Source: a virus. From it: DNA of 61,596 bases. Shown here one piece after another: positions 32,630 through 41,941 of this stretch; positions within the stretch are counted from its first letter, which is position 1, and each line of letters opens with the position of its first letter. Under the pieces are notes generated by a model that ran no database searches, had not been told where the DNA came from, and worked only from the letters and a program-made list of their open reading frames with translations. Where the stretch lies: the IMG/VR virus record IMGVR_UViG_3300009111_000003; one strand, 5' to 3'. Both the position numbers and the translations under genes were made by a program.

Positions 32630-33491
32630 TTTCCAGGAATCTGTCGGCATGAATGATGATGCCTCGGCAGAGACCAAGGAACTCGTACTGCATGTGTTGA
32701 GTGAGTGCGACGAACTGCTGCGTGAGTTCGCCTGGAAAGCCAAGCGTCGGCAGAACATCACGCCAATCAGGAGCAACGTACTGACCCAGATAATCGACAT
32801 CTTCAAGTTGGTCGTGTCCATGGGCTGTTCGTGGGGCTTCACGGCTGACGAGATGTACGAGGCGTTCATTGAGAAGAGCAGCGTGGTCGAGCAACTGTAT
32901 AGGCAGGAGTTCCCCCTGTATGAAATCATCAGGATGGGCGACCCTGTGGTTGCGATCGACATTGACGGCGTACTGAGCGACTACCCAAAATGCTTCTACG
33001 ACTGGGTAGCGAAGGAGACTGGCAAGAAGCAGGTTCGCTTCGATACGCTCGACCCCTATGATGCTTTCGGTGGTGCGATATCTCACGCAGGACTGGCTGC
33101 ATTGAAGGACGCATACCGTCAGTCGGGGGTCAAGAGGGGGCTACCACCGCTCACAGGGGCGGTGGAATTCACTCACGCGCTCAGGCGCAAGGGTTACAGA
33201 ATCGTCCTGCTGTCAGCCCGTCCAGCACGCGAGTACACACGCATCTTTGCAGACACTATCGCATGGCTGGACGGCAACGTGTTTGAGTACGACGCGATAC
33301 TGTGGGATGAGCGCAAGGAGACTCGACTCATCAATGAATTCCAGACGGGACAGGTGCAGGCGTTCATTGACGACGACGCTCGGAACATTGACAGGGTGAG
33401 CAGTAGTGGAGTTCCATCCTATCTACTGTCACGCCCGTACAATGACCTCGGGTACACATTCACACAAATCCTAGATTTCCTAGGGGGTTAG
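32592..33491 (+). CDS. Fusion of an all-alpha NTP pyrophosphohydrolase (dimeric dUTPase/MazG-like) and a HAD-family 5'(3')-deoxyribonucleotidase-like domain
   Basis: N-terminal LSECDELLREFAWKAKRR...IIDIFKL. C-terminal HAD motifs AIDIDGVL, LLSAR and FIDDD. SD aaaggagga. Confidence 0.65.
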   Translation: MDKWEEMYSRQNDFQESVGMNDDASAETKELVLHVLSECDELLREFAWKAKRRQNITPIRSNVLTQIIDIFKLVVSMGCSWGFTADEMYEAFIEKSSVVEQLYRQEFPLYEIIRMGDPVVAIDIDGVLSDYPKCFYDWVAKETGKKQVRFDTLDPYDAFGGAISHAGLAALKDAYRQSGVKRGLPPLTGAVEFTHALRRKGYRIVLLSARPAREYTRIFADTIAWLDGNVFEYDAILWDERKETRLINEFQTGQVQAFIDDDARNIDRVSSSGVPSYLLSRPYNDLGYTFTQILDFLGG

Positions 33492-33495
33492 GTAG

Positions 33496-34038
33496 ATGGG
33501 GCGTAATCCATTCGTAGTCGTTTGCATTGACGGTGTTGGCAGAACCAGTCCCGTCGAGGTAGCACGAACCGTACAAGCCCTGATGGACATTCCATCGGTA
33601 GGTCGCCTCATGCCCCAACACGAAACTGCTTACGAGATCGTCCTTCCTGAGATTATCAGGATAGGTCAGTACCTACCGTCAATCATCGTGTCACCGAGCA
33701 GCGTGGCTCTAGTGGCATGTGACAAGGTGAAGTTCGAGCAGGTTCGGTGGGAGTCAATGTATCCCCAGTCGAAGACTCTGTTCATCACGCTCACCGAGGA
33801 CGTGAAGGCAGAATTGAGAACCGAGGGGTCTGACTTTATGTACTCTCTGATGGGTCCCCGTCTAAAAGAACAGGAGGATATTATTTCCGTGTCAACACGG
33901 CTCGGTCAGAGAGGATACAGGACGAAGTCGATCCCCTATCACAGCACACAACTCGACGTAGCCAAGCGCGTGATTCAGGAGATTCGCCTGACACGCCGAA
34001 ACATCATGGAGGAGGAGAGGGCGCATGGAGAAGACTAG
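33496..34038 (+). CDS. Hypothetical protein (180 aa)
   Basis: ORF track, within the nucleotide-metabolism cluster. Confidence 0.6.
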   Translation: MGRNPFVVVCIDGVGRTSPVEVARTVQALMDIPSVGRLMPQHETAYEIVLPEIIRIGQYLPSIIVSPSSVALVACDKVKFEQVRWESMYPQSKTLFITLTEDVKAELRTEGSDFMYSLMGPRLKEQEDIISVSTRLGQRGYRTKSIPYHSTQLDVAKRVIQEIRLTRRNIMEEERAHGED

Positions 34039-34387
34039 GGCGGTGATTGAGAATCTACTTCTCGATCTCGACATCACATTTGACACAGAAGAGCAGCGGG
34101 ACTCTACCGTAGCATTCTCGGGGTTCATGCTCCACATGCTCAAGGTGTTCGTCCGAAAGAACAAGCAGTACGGCAACTCGTTTGAAGAGGTTGGCGCGAA
34201 GGGTGCTTACATAGAAATCCAAGCCAAGCACGCTCGGCTTCGGGAACTACTATGGAAGGCAGATGCAGAATCCATAGCACAGCACCTCGGCGACATCCAG
34301 CAGAACTCGCTTGACCTGAGCATATACGGTGTGATACTTTGTATGTGCATGGCGGCAGGCAACGTCTATGGAGTTGACAATGAGTAG
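34025..34387 (+). CDS. DUF1599-like (MazG-fold) nucleotide-associated protein
   Basis: RKNKQYGNSFEE...AKGAYIEIQAKHARLRELL pattern. Confidence 0.5.
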   Translation: MEKTRAVIENLLLDLDITFDTEEQRDSTVAFSGFMLHMLKVFVRKNKQYGNSFEEVGAKGAYIEIQAKHARLRELLWKADAESIAQHLGDIQQNSLDLSIYGVILCMCMAAGNVYGVDNE

Positions 34388-35090
34388 AATAGTTGTGTTT
34401 GGTGGCACGACTGGTTTGGGTGGCGCAATCACTGAACGACTCATGACTCCGAAGAACACCATCTGGGTAGTCGGAGCATCACAGGGGTACGATTTCACAA
34501 CACAGGATGGACTCGCACAGATCTGGCGTACCATGCGCCAGTGCGAACCCAATCAAGTCGTCTACAATGCTGGCATCAATGTCCTCATGCCGCTTGACGA
34601 CTTGAACGGCGACATCGTTGAGCAGATGTATATGGTCAACGTATACGGACTGATGATAGCCCTTCGGGAGTTCGCTAAGATCGCCAAGAACTGCCCCGTG
34701 AAGGACGAGGGCTATCACAGATTCGTTCACATTGGCTCCATTGCAGCGCGTGTCCAGCACACACATAGTATCGCGTACTGCTCCAGCAAGGCGGCGGCTC
34801 GTCAGGCAGCAATGACGGCAGGGCGCGAACTCGGTCCCATCGGTGCATACGTCAACACAGTCGCTCCGGGACCAATCAAGGGTACGGCAATGACGAGGTA
34901 CGTCCAGTCAACCGTACCGAAGATGCGTGGTTGGAGCGATGAAGAGGCAGAGGCGTATCAACTCGCTGCTATTCCGCTTCGGCACAGGGTTGATGTTGCC
35001 GACGTTGTGAGCATGGTGGACTTCCTGCTCGACCCTGACAAGGCACATGGAATCACTGGCTCGGAGTTCGTTGTGAGCGGTGGTCTGTGA
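34380..35090 (+). CDS. Short-chain dehydrogenase/reductase (SDR)
   Basis: Motifs VFGGTTGLGGAI (TGxxxGxG), NAGI and YCSSKAA (YxxxK). Confidence 0.85.
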   Translation: MSRIVVFGGTTGLGGAITERLMTPKNTIWVVGASQGYDFTTQDGLAQIWRTMRQCEPNQVVYNAGINVLMPLDDLNGDIVEQMYMVNVYGLMIALREFAKIAKNCPVKDEGYHRFVHIGSIAARVQHTHSIAYCSSKAAARQAAMTAGRELGPIGAYVNTVAPGPIKGTAMTRYVQSTVPKMRGWSDEEAEAYQLAAIPLRHRVDVADVVSMVDFLLDPDKAHGITGSEFVVSGGL

Positions 35091-35335
35091 TGGGCAGCAC
35101 CCGACACCACCTCGTGTGGCAGACTGTCGAACTTGACAAGAATGCCAATCCCAAATACGAGACCACTCATCCCACGACTGGTGAGATAATCCCCATGCCG
35201 TCAATGCTCTACGACCTGTGGGTGTGGGCTGAGCGTATCCGTGGTGATATCGCGGAGGTAGAGCATAGCGTCGAGATGATGCAACTCGAACTAGTACGAC
35301 TGGCAGGTGCGCGGTGGGACAAAAAGAATTCATAA
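35087..35335 (+). CDS. Hypothetical protein (82 aa)
   Basis: ORF track. Confidence 0.55.
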   Translation: MMGSTRHHLVWQTVELDKNANPKYETTHPTTGEIIPMPSMLYDLWVWAERIRGDIAEVEHSVEMMQLELVRLAGARWDKKNS

Positions 35336-38300
35336 ACCTGCACTGCCATACGACGTTCTCATTCCGAGACGCCTACGGTCAGCCGATTCAGCATGCTACC
35401 CGTGCAGCAGAACTCGGTCATCGTGCTCTGGCAATCACTGACCACGGCAGCATCTCGGGTTGGGTACGCCACCAGAAGGCATGCCGAGAATTAGGTGTCA
35501 AGCCTCTGTTCGGGTGTGAGTTCTACATGGTGTCGTCGTTGCAGGCAGAAGCAGAGTCACGCAAGAAGCGTGACCATCTGACCGTGATAGCCCAGAACGA
35601 AAAGGGCTTGCAGAACATCATGGCGTTGTTGTCGCTGGCATGGGAGAACTTTTACTACAAGCCAATCATCGACTATGCTACACTGTTACGGTACAGCGAA
35701 GGGCTTGTGATTCTCAGCGGTTGCATGTTCGGTCGCTACGCTCAGACAGTTTGGAGCAGAGAAGATGATAAGAAAGCGGAGAGTATCGCGAAGAAGTTTG
35801 CTAGGGAATTTCCTGGCAGATTCTTTCTCGAGGTTCAGGCTTTTGACATTGACGCGTGTCGAACGACGGCAGAGGCAGCAGTGTCTCAGGGTTCTCGACT
35901 TGGTATACCAGTACTCGTCACCAACGATGCACATTATCCCGGACCCGAAGATGCCCGCGCTCGAGAACTACTCCTGCGCGTCACTCCAGGATGGACTCCT
36001 GATACTATCGACTCCCCCTTGTGGCAACACTCCAGGGCTGAGCAGTTTCATCGCATGCGTGAGGTCTGGAAGGGAGTGCCCAAAGCCACCATCAGCGAGT
36101 TGATGGATAACACCATTCTCGTTGCTGACCTGTGCGAGGACATCTCCCTCCCGCAAGCAGAACCAGTCCACTACATGCCAGTCGAGTGTGAAACTGTAGA
36201 GAACGAGTTCCTTGAGTGGTGCAAGCGTGGGTGGAAGCGGCGAGGTCTGAACGCTCTACCACCTGACAAGAAGAAGGTCTACAAGGAGCGGCTCAAGTAC
36301 GAGACTGGGCTGATTCAGAACAAACACTTCGAGGACTACCTCATGGTAGTTGCCGATGTTATCATGTGGGCAAAGTCACAGGGCATTGTCGTCGGACCCG
36401 CACGCGGCTCCTCATGCGGCTCCCTTGTGTGCTGGCTGCTCGGTATCACAGAGGTTGACCCTATCAGGTGGAACTTGTTGTTTGAGCGATTCATTGACTT
36501 GAATCGTATGGACCCTCCAGACATTGACACCGACTTTGAGGACGCAAGGAGAGACGAAGTCCATGAGTACCTTCGGCAGAAGTACGGGGAAGATAGATTC
36601 GCGCAGTTATGCACCTTTGCTCAGTACAAGCCGAAAAACGCTCTCGACGATGTTGCTCGTGCTTATCGCATACCGAGAGATCCAGTCGAGACGCTCAAGG
36701 GCTTCATCATTGAAAGATCGTCCGCAGATGCTCGCGCCTCTCACTGCCTCGAGGATACCATCACGTCGTTCCCTGCGGCTCAAGAAGTGGTGGATAAGTA
36801 TCCCGATCTCAAGAAAGCCATAATGCTCGAGGGTCAGTTCCGTCAGACTGGTCGGCACGCATGCGGCGTAATCATTGGAGAGAAGCCCCTGAATCAGCAC
36901 ACGGCACTGATTCGCTCTGAGGACGGGCGACCGATGGTGTGCTACGAGGGCTATGACTCCCTTGCACTTGGCTTCCTGAAACTCGACGTCCTCGGGTTGC
37001 GCTCACTCACAATCATTGCGACGATTCTCAACAAGATCGGTAAAGACATCGAATGGCTTTACGCATTGCCGACTGATGATGAGGAGACGTATCATGGATT
37101 TCAACGAGGAGACCTTACGGGCATATTCCAATTCACAGGACAGTCCACTACCTCCGTGTGCAAGCAGATGCCCCCTACGCACTTCATGGAACTCGCAGAT
37201 ATCTCAGCTCTTTCTCGTCCTGGACCCCTGCACTCAGGGAGTACAACTATCTATATTTCCAGACGAAATGGAGAATCAGAGGTAGACTGGATTCATCCCA
37301 TTTACAAGGAAATCACGAAGGACACTTGGGGTGTCATCGTGTATCAAGAGCAAATCATGGAGATTGGTCGCCATCTGGCAGGCATGGACTGGGAGACCGT
37401 TTCGGTGATTCGCAAGTCCATCTCCAAGAAACTAGGTGTGGAGGGCTTCCGCAAACTTGAGAAGATATTCGTCGAGGGTTGCTGGGAGACCAACGGCGTT
37501 GACCGTGCCGTGTCAAAGGAGATTTGGGACAACATCTGTACGCATGGTTCGTGGTCATTCAACAAGTCCCATGCCGTAGCGTACTCACTCATCTCGTACA
37601 TGATGATGTATCTCAAGGTGCATTACCCGATTGAGTTCCAGTGGGCTAACCTCGTTGACCTGACCGACCAGCAGAAGAAGATGTACATACTCAGGGATTT
37701 CATCAATGCTGGTGGAAAGGTCTTGCCCGTCACAATCAACGACAGCGAGTACACATGGAAGATTGACGGTGACGGGCTGCGTCCAGGACTTCTGGAAATC
37801 AAAGGCATCGGACCGAAGATCGCCGAGGAAATCATTGAGCATCAGCCCTACACGGACATGGACGACTTGATAGCCCGAACCAACGGTAGGCGTGTACACT
37901 CTGGTATACGCAAACTCATCGAGGAGTGTGACCTTTTCGGTGAGGGCGAGAAAGACGTCTGGGGTCTGACCAAGATGAAGGAGATTCTTGACGACCTTCC
38001 AATCACCCACCGCATCGCAGACCTCGGTTGGGGCAAGGAACACTTCTGTATCGCGGCAGGACGCATCATAGAGAAGAACACCCGTGACATATTCGAGATA
38101 GCGTGGTCAAAGCGCGGTGAGATTCTTGACCCGAAGACGGTGTACAAGCCCGAACTCGCCTCGTACATCAACATCACGCTAGAGGACGACACCGACAGCA
38201 TCTACGCCACGTTCGACAGATTCATCTACCCGCACGTTCGGGATATAATCACGAACGTGGAGAATCAATCAGACGACATCTTCATGCTGAAAGGGGAGAA

Positions 38301-38397
38301 GACAAAAGGGTTCAGGAAGATTTACGCCAAGTCTATCGTGAACGTGTCACTGCAACGTCGCAAGGAAATGGAGGAGCAGCATGGCTCAGATAGTTAG
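35314..38397 (+). CDS. dnaE: DNA polymerase III alpha-like replicative polymerase (PHP + Pol IIIa core)
   Basis: N-terminal PHP motif INLHCHTTFSFRDAYG, then a conserved core (GPARGSSCGSLV, PDIDTDF). 1027 aa. Confidence 0.9.
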   Translation: MGQKEFINLHCHTTFSFRDAYGQPIQHATRAAELGHRALAITDHGSISGWVRHQKACRELGVKPLFGCEFYMVSSLQAEAESRKKRDHLTVIAQNEKGLQNIMALLSLAWENFYYKPIIDYATLLRYSEGLVILSGCMFGRYAQTVWSREDDKKAESIAKKFAREFPGRFFLEVQAFDIDACRTTAEAAVSQGSRLGIPVLVTNDAHYPGPEDARARELLLRVTPGWTPDTIDSPLWQHSRAEQFHRMREVWKGVPKATISELMDNTILVADLCEDISLPQAEPVHYMPVECETVENEFLEWCKRGWKRRGLNALPPDKKKVYKERLKYETGLIQNKHFEDYLMVVADVIMWAKSQGIVVGPARGSSCGSLVCWLLGITEVDPIRWNLLFERFIDLNRMDPPDIDTDFEDARRDEVHEYLRQKYGEDRFAQLCTFAQYKPKNALDDVARAYRIPRDPVETLKGFIIERSSADARASHCLEDTITSFPAAQEVVDKYPDLKKAIMLEGQFRQTGRHACGVIIGEKPLNQHTALIRSEDGRPMVCYEGYDSLALGFLKLDVLGLRSLTIIATILNKIGKDIEWLYALPTDDEETYHGFQRGDLTGIFQFTGQSTTSVCKQMPPTHFMELADISALSRPGPLHSGSTTIYISRRNGESEVDWIHPIYKEITKDTWGVIVYQEQIMEIGRHLAGMDWETVSVIRKSISKKLGVEGFRKLEKIFVEGCWETNGVDRAVSKEIWDNICTHGSWSFNKSHAVAYSLISYMMMYLKVHYPIEFQWANLVDLTDQQKKMYILRDFINAGGKVLPVTINDSEYTWKIDGDGLRPGLLEIKGIGPKIAEEIIEHQPYTDMDDLIARTNGRRVHSGIRKLIEECDLFGEGEKDVWGLTKMKEILDDLPITHRIADLGWGKEHFCIAAGRIIEKNTRDIFEIAWSKRGEILDPKTVYKPELASYINITLEDDTDSIYATFDRFIYPHVRDIITNVENQSDDIFMLKGEKTKGFRKIYAKSIVNVSLQRRKEMEEQHGSDS

Positions 38398-39088
38398 GTC
38401 AGGAGATGCGGTCAAAGTTACAATCGTGAGTCATACGATTGACCCACTTAGAACGATCGCTCTCGCTCAACTCAACATGACGGGCAACATGCGTCACAGT
38501 CGAGATGCCGTGGAAAGGTCTGAGGCTCTCGACATCTTCATGGACATCGCCAAGACCGAACTGCAAGGTGCGTTCGAGTTCGTCCACTTTGTCATTCAGA
38601 TGGAGGGCGTTAGTCGTGCCTTCCAGCAGCAGTTGACTCGAACACGACTGGCGGCATACAGCGCAGAGTCCTTGCGCTTCACTGAGGTCGGCATGCAAGT
38701 TCTGATGGGACCGCATCTGGCGAACAGTGGTGACACCGAGGCGATGAATCAGTACGTCAGAACCGTTGACACAATCGAGGCGGGGTATGAGTATCTGATT
38801 GATGCAGGTGTGCCGATTGAAGATGCTCGTGGTATACTTCCGTTGAATGTACTGAGCAAGATCGGCATGTGCGTCTCGTATAAAACGCTGGTTGGCATGA
38901 GCAGAGTTCGCATGTGCTACCAGTCGCAAGAAGGCGAGTGGGACGTTGTGTTCAAGCAGATTGTACAGGGAATCGCAAACGTAGAGCCGATACTTGTGAG
39001 TCCTCTCGGACCATTCTGCGAGCACGGTCAGAAGTGTCCGTTCGGTAGCAAACTTGACAGAGATTGTCCAAGGAAAGGAGGGAAGTAA
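38381..39088 (+). CDS. thyX: Flavin-dependent thymidylate synthase-like protein (ThyX family) with a variant signature
   Basis: SRAFQQQLTRTRLAAYSAESLRF aligns to the ThyX RHRxxSxxxxSxRY block as RTRxxAxSxxSxRF. Downstream it has RMCYQSQEGEW (R...AQxEIR-like). Confidence 0.65.
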   Translation: MAQIVRSGDAVKVTIVSHTIDPLRTIALAQLNMTGNMRHSRDAVERSEALDIFMDIAKTELQGAFEFVHFVIQMEGVSRAFQQQLTRTRLAAYSAESLRFTEVGMQVLMGPHLANSGDTEAMNQYVRTVDTIEAGYEYLIDAGVPIEDARGILPLNVLSKIGMCVSYKTLVGMSRVRMCYQSQEGEWDVVFKQIVQGIANVEPILVSPLGPFCEHGQKCPFGSKLDRDCPRKGGK

Positions 39089-39090
39089 CG

Positions 39091-39264
39091 GTGCCAGAGG
39101 AAGAGTCAGACCAACCGATGAACCGTGCAGAAAGGCGTAAGGCGTTCAAGGAGCGTCTGAGCAGGGAGCAGCGGGAGGAGTGGAAGCGCAAGACCAACCA
39201 CGGCTATGCTCGCAAGAGTGCGGCTTCCCTCAAGCCGAAGAAGCAACGGGAGGACGAAGAGTGA
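39091..39264 (+). CDS. Small charged protein (57 aa)
   Basis: GTG 39091 follows SD aaaggaggg. Confidence 0.45.
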   Translation: MPEEESDQPMNRAERRKAFKERLSREQREEWKRKTNHGYARKSAASLKPKKQREDEE

Positions 39265-39731
39265 TTGCTCTATTCGTGGATCCGGGCGGAACGACTGGGT
39301 GGTGTGTGATGGAGCACGATTTCGACGTGAACCTTCACCCCACACTGGTACTCGCTGAACAGACAGCGGGTGACAGATTCCCAGAGACCCTTCGCACTAC
39401 GCTCAAGTCGATGGACATTGACCTCGTAGTGTACGAGAGGTTCCGAATCCACAAAGGCACCATCGGTGAGAGTGCCGTACCTGTTATCAAACAGATTGGC
39501 AAGATCGAGATGGTGTGCGAAGATCTTGGCATCCCGTATACCAGCCAGCCGCCAGCGAACAAGAGTTTCTTTGAAGGTCGCCTCAAGTCATTCGACATGC
39601 ACATGTCGGGTAAGCAGCATGCAAGGGACGCGATCCAGCATGGTCTGTACTACTTTATGACTGAGGCGAAGAGCCGCGACGGAAGGACACCGTCTTGGGT
39701 ATTAGGAGTGTTACAGCAATCGCAGCATTAG
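39261..39731 (+). CDS. RuvC-like Holliday junction resolvase
   Basis: FVDPGGTTGW, VVYERF and HARDAIQHG match the RuvC catalytic D/E/D pattern. GTG 39261 overlaps the upstream stop. Confidence 0.75.
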   Translation: MIALFVDPGGTTGWCVMEHDFDVNLHPTLVLAEQTAGDRFPETLRTTLKSMDIDLVVYERFRIHKGTIGESAVPVIKQIGKIEMVCEDLGIPYTSQPPANKSFFEGRLKSFDMHMSGKQHARDAIQHGLYYFMTEAKSRDGRTPSWVLGVLQQSQH

Positions 39732-40255
39732 CAGTAGTCGCTGCTACATTGTACCCTGCTACCACCCCGAGTGTTACCCCGAGCAGTGCCATGACCATCG
39801 AGCGCAGACTTGAAGCCCTAGAGACCACGCAAGTCGTCAAGTTTCAGCCCGTTTCAGACGTCGAGAAACTTGATGTGGTGCCAATGCCCAAACGCATGAC
39901 CGCAACGCCGCACGCAACGCCACGCAAAGCCACACGCCGCTCGCCTCAACCCCCTGTAACCTACCGTGGCAGTGGTAGCGTCGTAATCAGGTCAGTTGCT
40001 CGCGAAATGGGCTGTACGAGCAAAGAAATCGAGATGCTGCTGTACATCGCTAAGCATGAATCTGGACTGCGGTGCAACGCAGTATCGCGGACAGGGAAGT
40101 ACGTCGGTCTGTTTCAACTCGGACCGCACCTCGGGACGTACGAGCAGCGGATAGATCCGAACTGGAACACGAGGCGTGCAATCAAGTACATGAGAGGACG
40201 GTACGGAAGTATCGCGAGGGCATACGCCTTCAAGAGATCGCACGGCTGGTACTAG
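39695..40255 (+). CDS. Secreted/membrane-anchored lytic transglycosylase (SLT domain)
   Basis: N-terminal hydrophobic segment plus the motif IAKHESGLRCNAV...YVGLFQLG. The start is uncertain. Confidence 0.7.
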   Translation: MGIRSVTAIAALAVVAATLYPATTPSVTPSSAMTIERRLEALETTQVVKFQPVSDVEKLDVVPMPKRMTATPHATPRKATRRSPQPPVTYRGSGSVVIRSVAREMGCTSKEIEMLLYIAKHESGLRCNAVSRTGKYVGLFQLGPHLGTYEQRIDPNWNTRRAIKYMRGRYGSIARAYAFKRSHGWY

Positions 40256-40263
40256 GTTCTCAA

Positions 40264-40311
40264 GAAGCCCCCACTGCCTCGGACCCCGAGAACGAGGACA
40301 GTGGGGGCTTC
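40264..40311. terminator. Bidirectional terminator between the convergent arms
   Basis: Perfect 13-bp stem gaagcccccactg / cagtgggggcttc with an inner cctcg/cgagg pairing, located between the stops at 40255 and 40313. Confidence 0.8.
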
Positions 40312-40312
40312 A

Positions 40313-41932
40313 TTATGCGATTCGGTCTATCGTCACGAAGTTATACGGCTGGTTCGTGATTGTGCTTACCGCAGAACCGTAGTTGTGATAAGCACAGAAC
40401 TCCAGATAGTCTCCTGGACTCAACCAGCACGTCATATTCAGAGATGACATTCGAGTTCCGGTTCCGGCAAATCTGTCGTGGATTCCCCATGCCATGTGAG
40501 TCCCGTTCTTCAGAACAGAAGCCATCCAGTAATGACTACCCGTCCATGCCATGGAGTTCGACATGATGGAGAATGAGAAGTGATAGAATCCTCCATGGAT
40601 CGCTGTAAACTTACCCGACGATGCAGCGAACTCTGCATTGTTGTCGTAGACCTCGACGTTGAAGTTGATTGGAACGTTCGTCTGGTCTGCGATCGACTGC
40701 GATCCATTCTGGTGGGCGTACACATGGGAGTTCTTCCTTGCCGTGAGAGTCCCATTGATATCTAGAGTTCCATACGTGGGAGTCCCCGTGCAAATCCCTA
40801 TTTGATGGTCTGCCATAGACGCCCCTCTTTTGAGAGTGATGAAGGAGTCTGAGGCTTGTACCGTGAACACCGTCTCGGTGTCCTGTGTCGCGTTGTTGTA
40901 CAGTCGTGCATAGCACGTCTGGGTAGAAGTCACTGCCAAGTCGAAGGCATCATCTTTCGTCCACGTCTTAGTCGGACGTGTGAATGATGAGCCGAGTGAA
41001 GTCAATTCTGTTGTACCACGCCACAACCTGATTGCAATATTCGCAGGCCAGAGCGAGTGCTGATAGAACGGACAGTTCGTTGCCTGTGTGACAACGGCTG
41101 TATGCGACTGTGGGTTGGTGTCGTCAGGTGGATCGTTGACGAGGGGTCCACGAGCCACGCTGTATGATGTCGTATTGTACGCCGTAGCGAATGCTGGTGG
41201 GAGGAGGAAGACGGCGGGGTGGTCTTTTGTCCCGGAGCCGTCGTCGTAGTGAGTGGTGACTCTGATGCCGATCTGAGTTATCTCATAGTTCCCACCAGCG
41301 TCAGACCCTTCCCAGTATGCCAGAATCTGATGGATCTGTGCGTCGGTCAGACCACAGTAGCGAGTGGTTCCACTGGAGGTGATTGTCGCAACATAGGTAT
41401 ACTTCTGCGTGGTGCCAGTCCTCGTGGTGTAGATGTCAACGTCGGCATGGTCTATGTGGTACGCCACTCCACCAGTGACTACGAAACTGACAGTCTGCGT
41501 CGTGCTACCGAAGTTGTACGTCCCTGCCGTAACCGTCGGGTGTGCTTTTGGAACTCCGGTAGCGGGAATGTCAAACGAACTACTGACACCCATGTCGTCA
41601 GTGTCAAGGTAGTCTATTGCATGCAGGTATCCAGAGATACTGATGTTCGTTGATTGGGTCTGTGATACCGTGACCGTGTAGGTCTGCGAGCCTAGGATGG
41701 TGATGTTGCTACTCGTATTGATGTTCTTGTTGGTGCCGCTGTGCGTGTGCCCTTCGACCGTGAGTCCGTAGTGGTTGGTCGTGTCGTAGATCGCCTCACC
41801 GTTTGTCATAATCAGAGAGGCGGTGACAACGACAGATGTGGCACCGACAGCAGGTGTCGGGTATGACCAGTCTATGTGGAGACCGTGTGTATACGGAGGA
41901 TAGTTACCAGATGAGAAATGTCCAGATGGCAT
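40313..41932 (-). CDS. Tail fibre / receptor-binding protein with a C-terminal C1q-like globular domain
   Basis: 539 aa. The C-terminal ~130 aa read KFTAIHGGFYHFSFSI...LKNGTH...LSPGDYLEF, which matches the gC1q jelly-roll pattern. Confidence 0.65.
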   Translation of the reverse strand: MPSGHFSSGNYPPYTHGLHIDWSYPTPAVGATSVVVTASLIMTNGEAIYDTTNHYGLTVEGHTHSGTNKNINTSSNITILGSQTYTVTVSQTQSTNISISGYLHAIDYLDTDDMGVSSSFDIPATGVPKAHPTVTAGTYNFGSTTQTVSFVVTGGVAYHIDHADVDIYTTRTGTTQKYTYVATITSSGTTRYCGLTDAQIHQILAYWEGSDAGGNYEITQIGIRVTTHYDDGSGTKDHPAVFLLPPAFATAYNTTSYSVARGPLVNDPPDDTNPQSHTAVVTQATNCPFYQHSLWPANIAIRLWRGTTELTSLGSSFTRPTKTWTKDDAFDLAVTSTQTCYARLYNNATQDTETVFTVQASDSFITLKRGASMADHQIGICTGTPTYGTLDINGTLTARKNSHVYAHQNGSQSIADQTNVPINFNVEVYDNNAEFAASSGKFTAIHGGFYHFSFSIMSNSMAWTGSHYWMASVLKNGTHMAWGIHDRFAGTGTRMSSLNMTCWLSPGDYLEFCAYHNYGSAVSTITNQPYNFVTIDRIA

Positions 41933-41941
41933 CGGGGTCTC

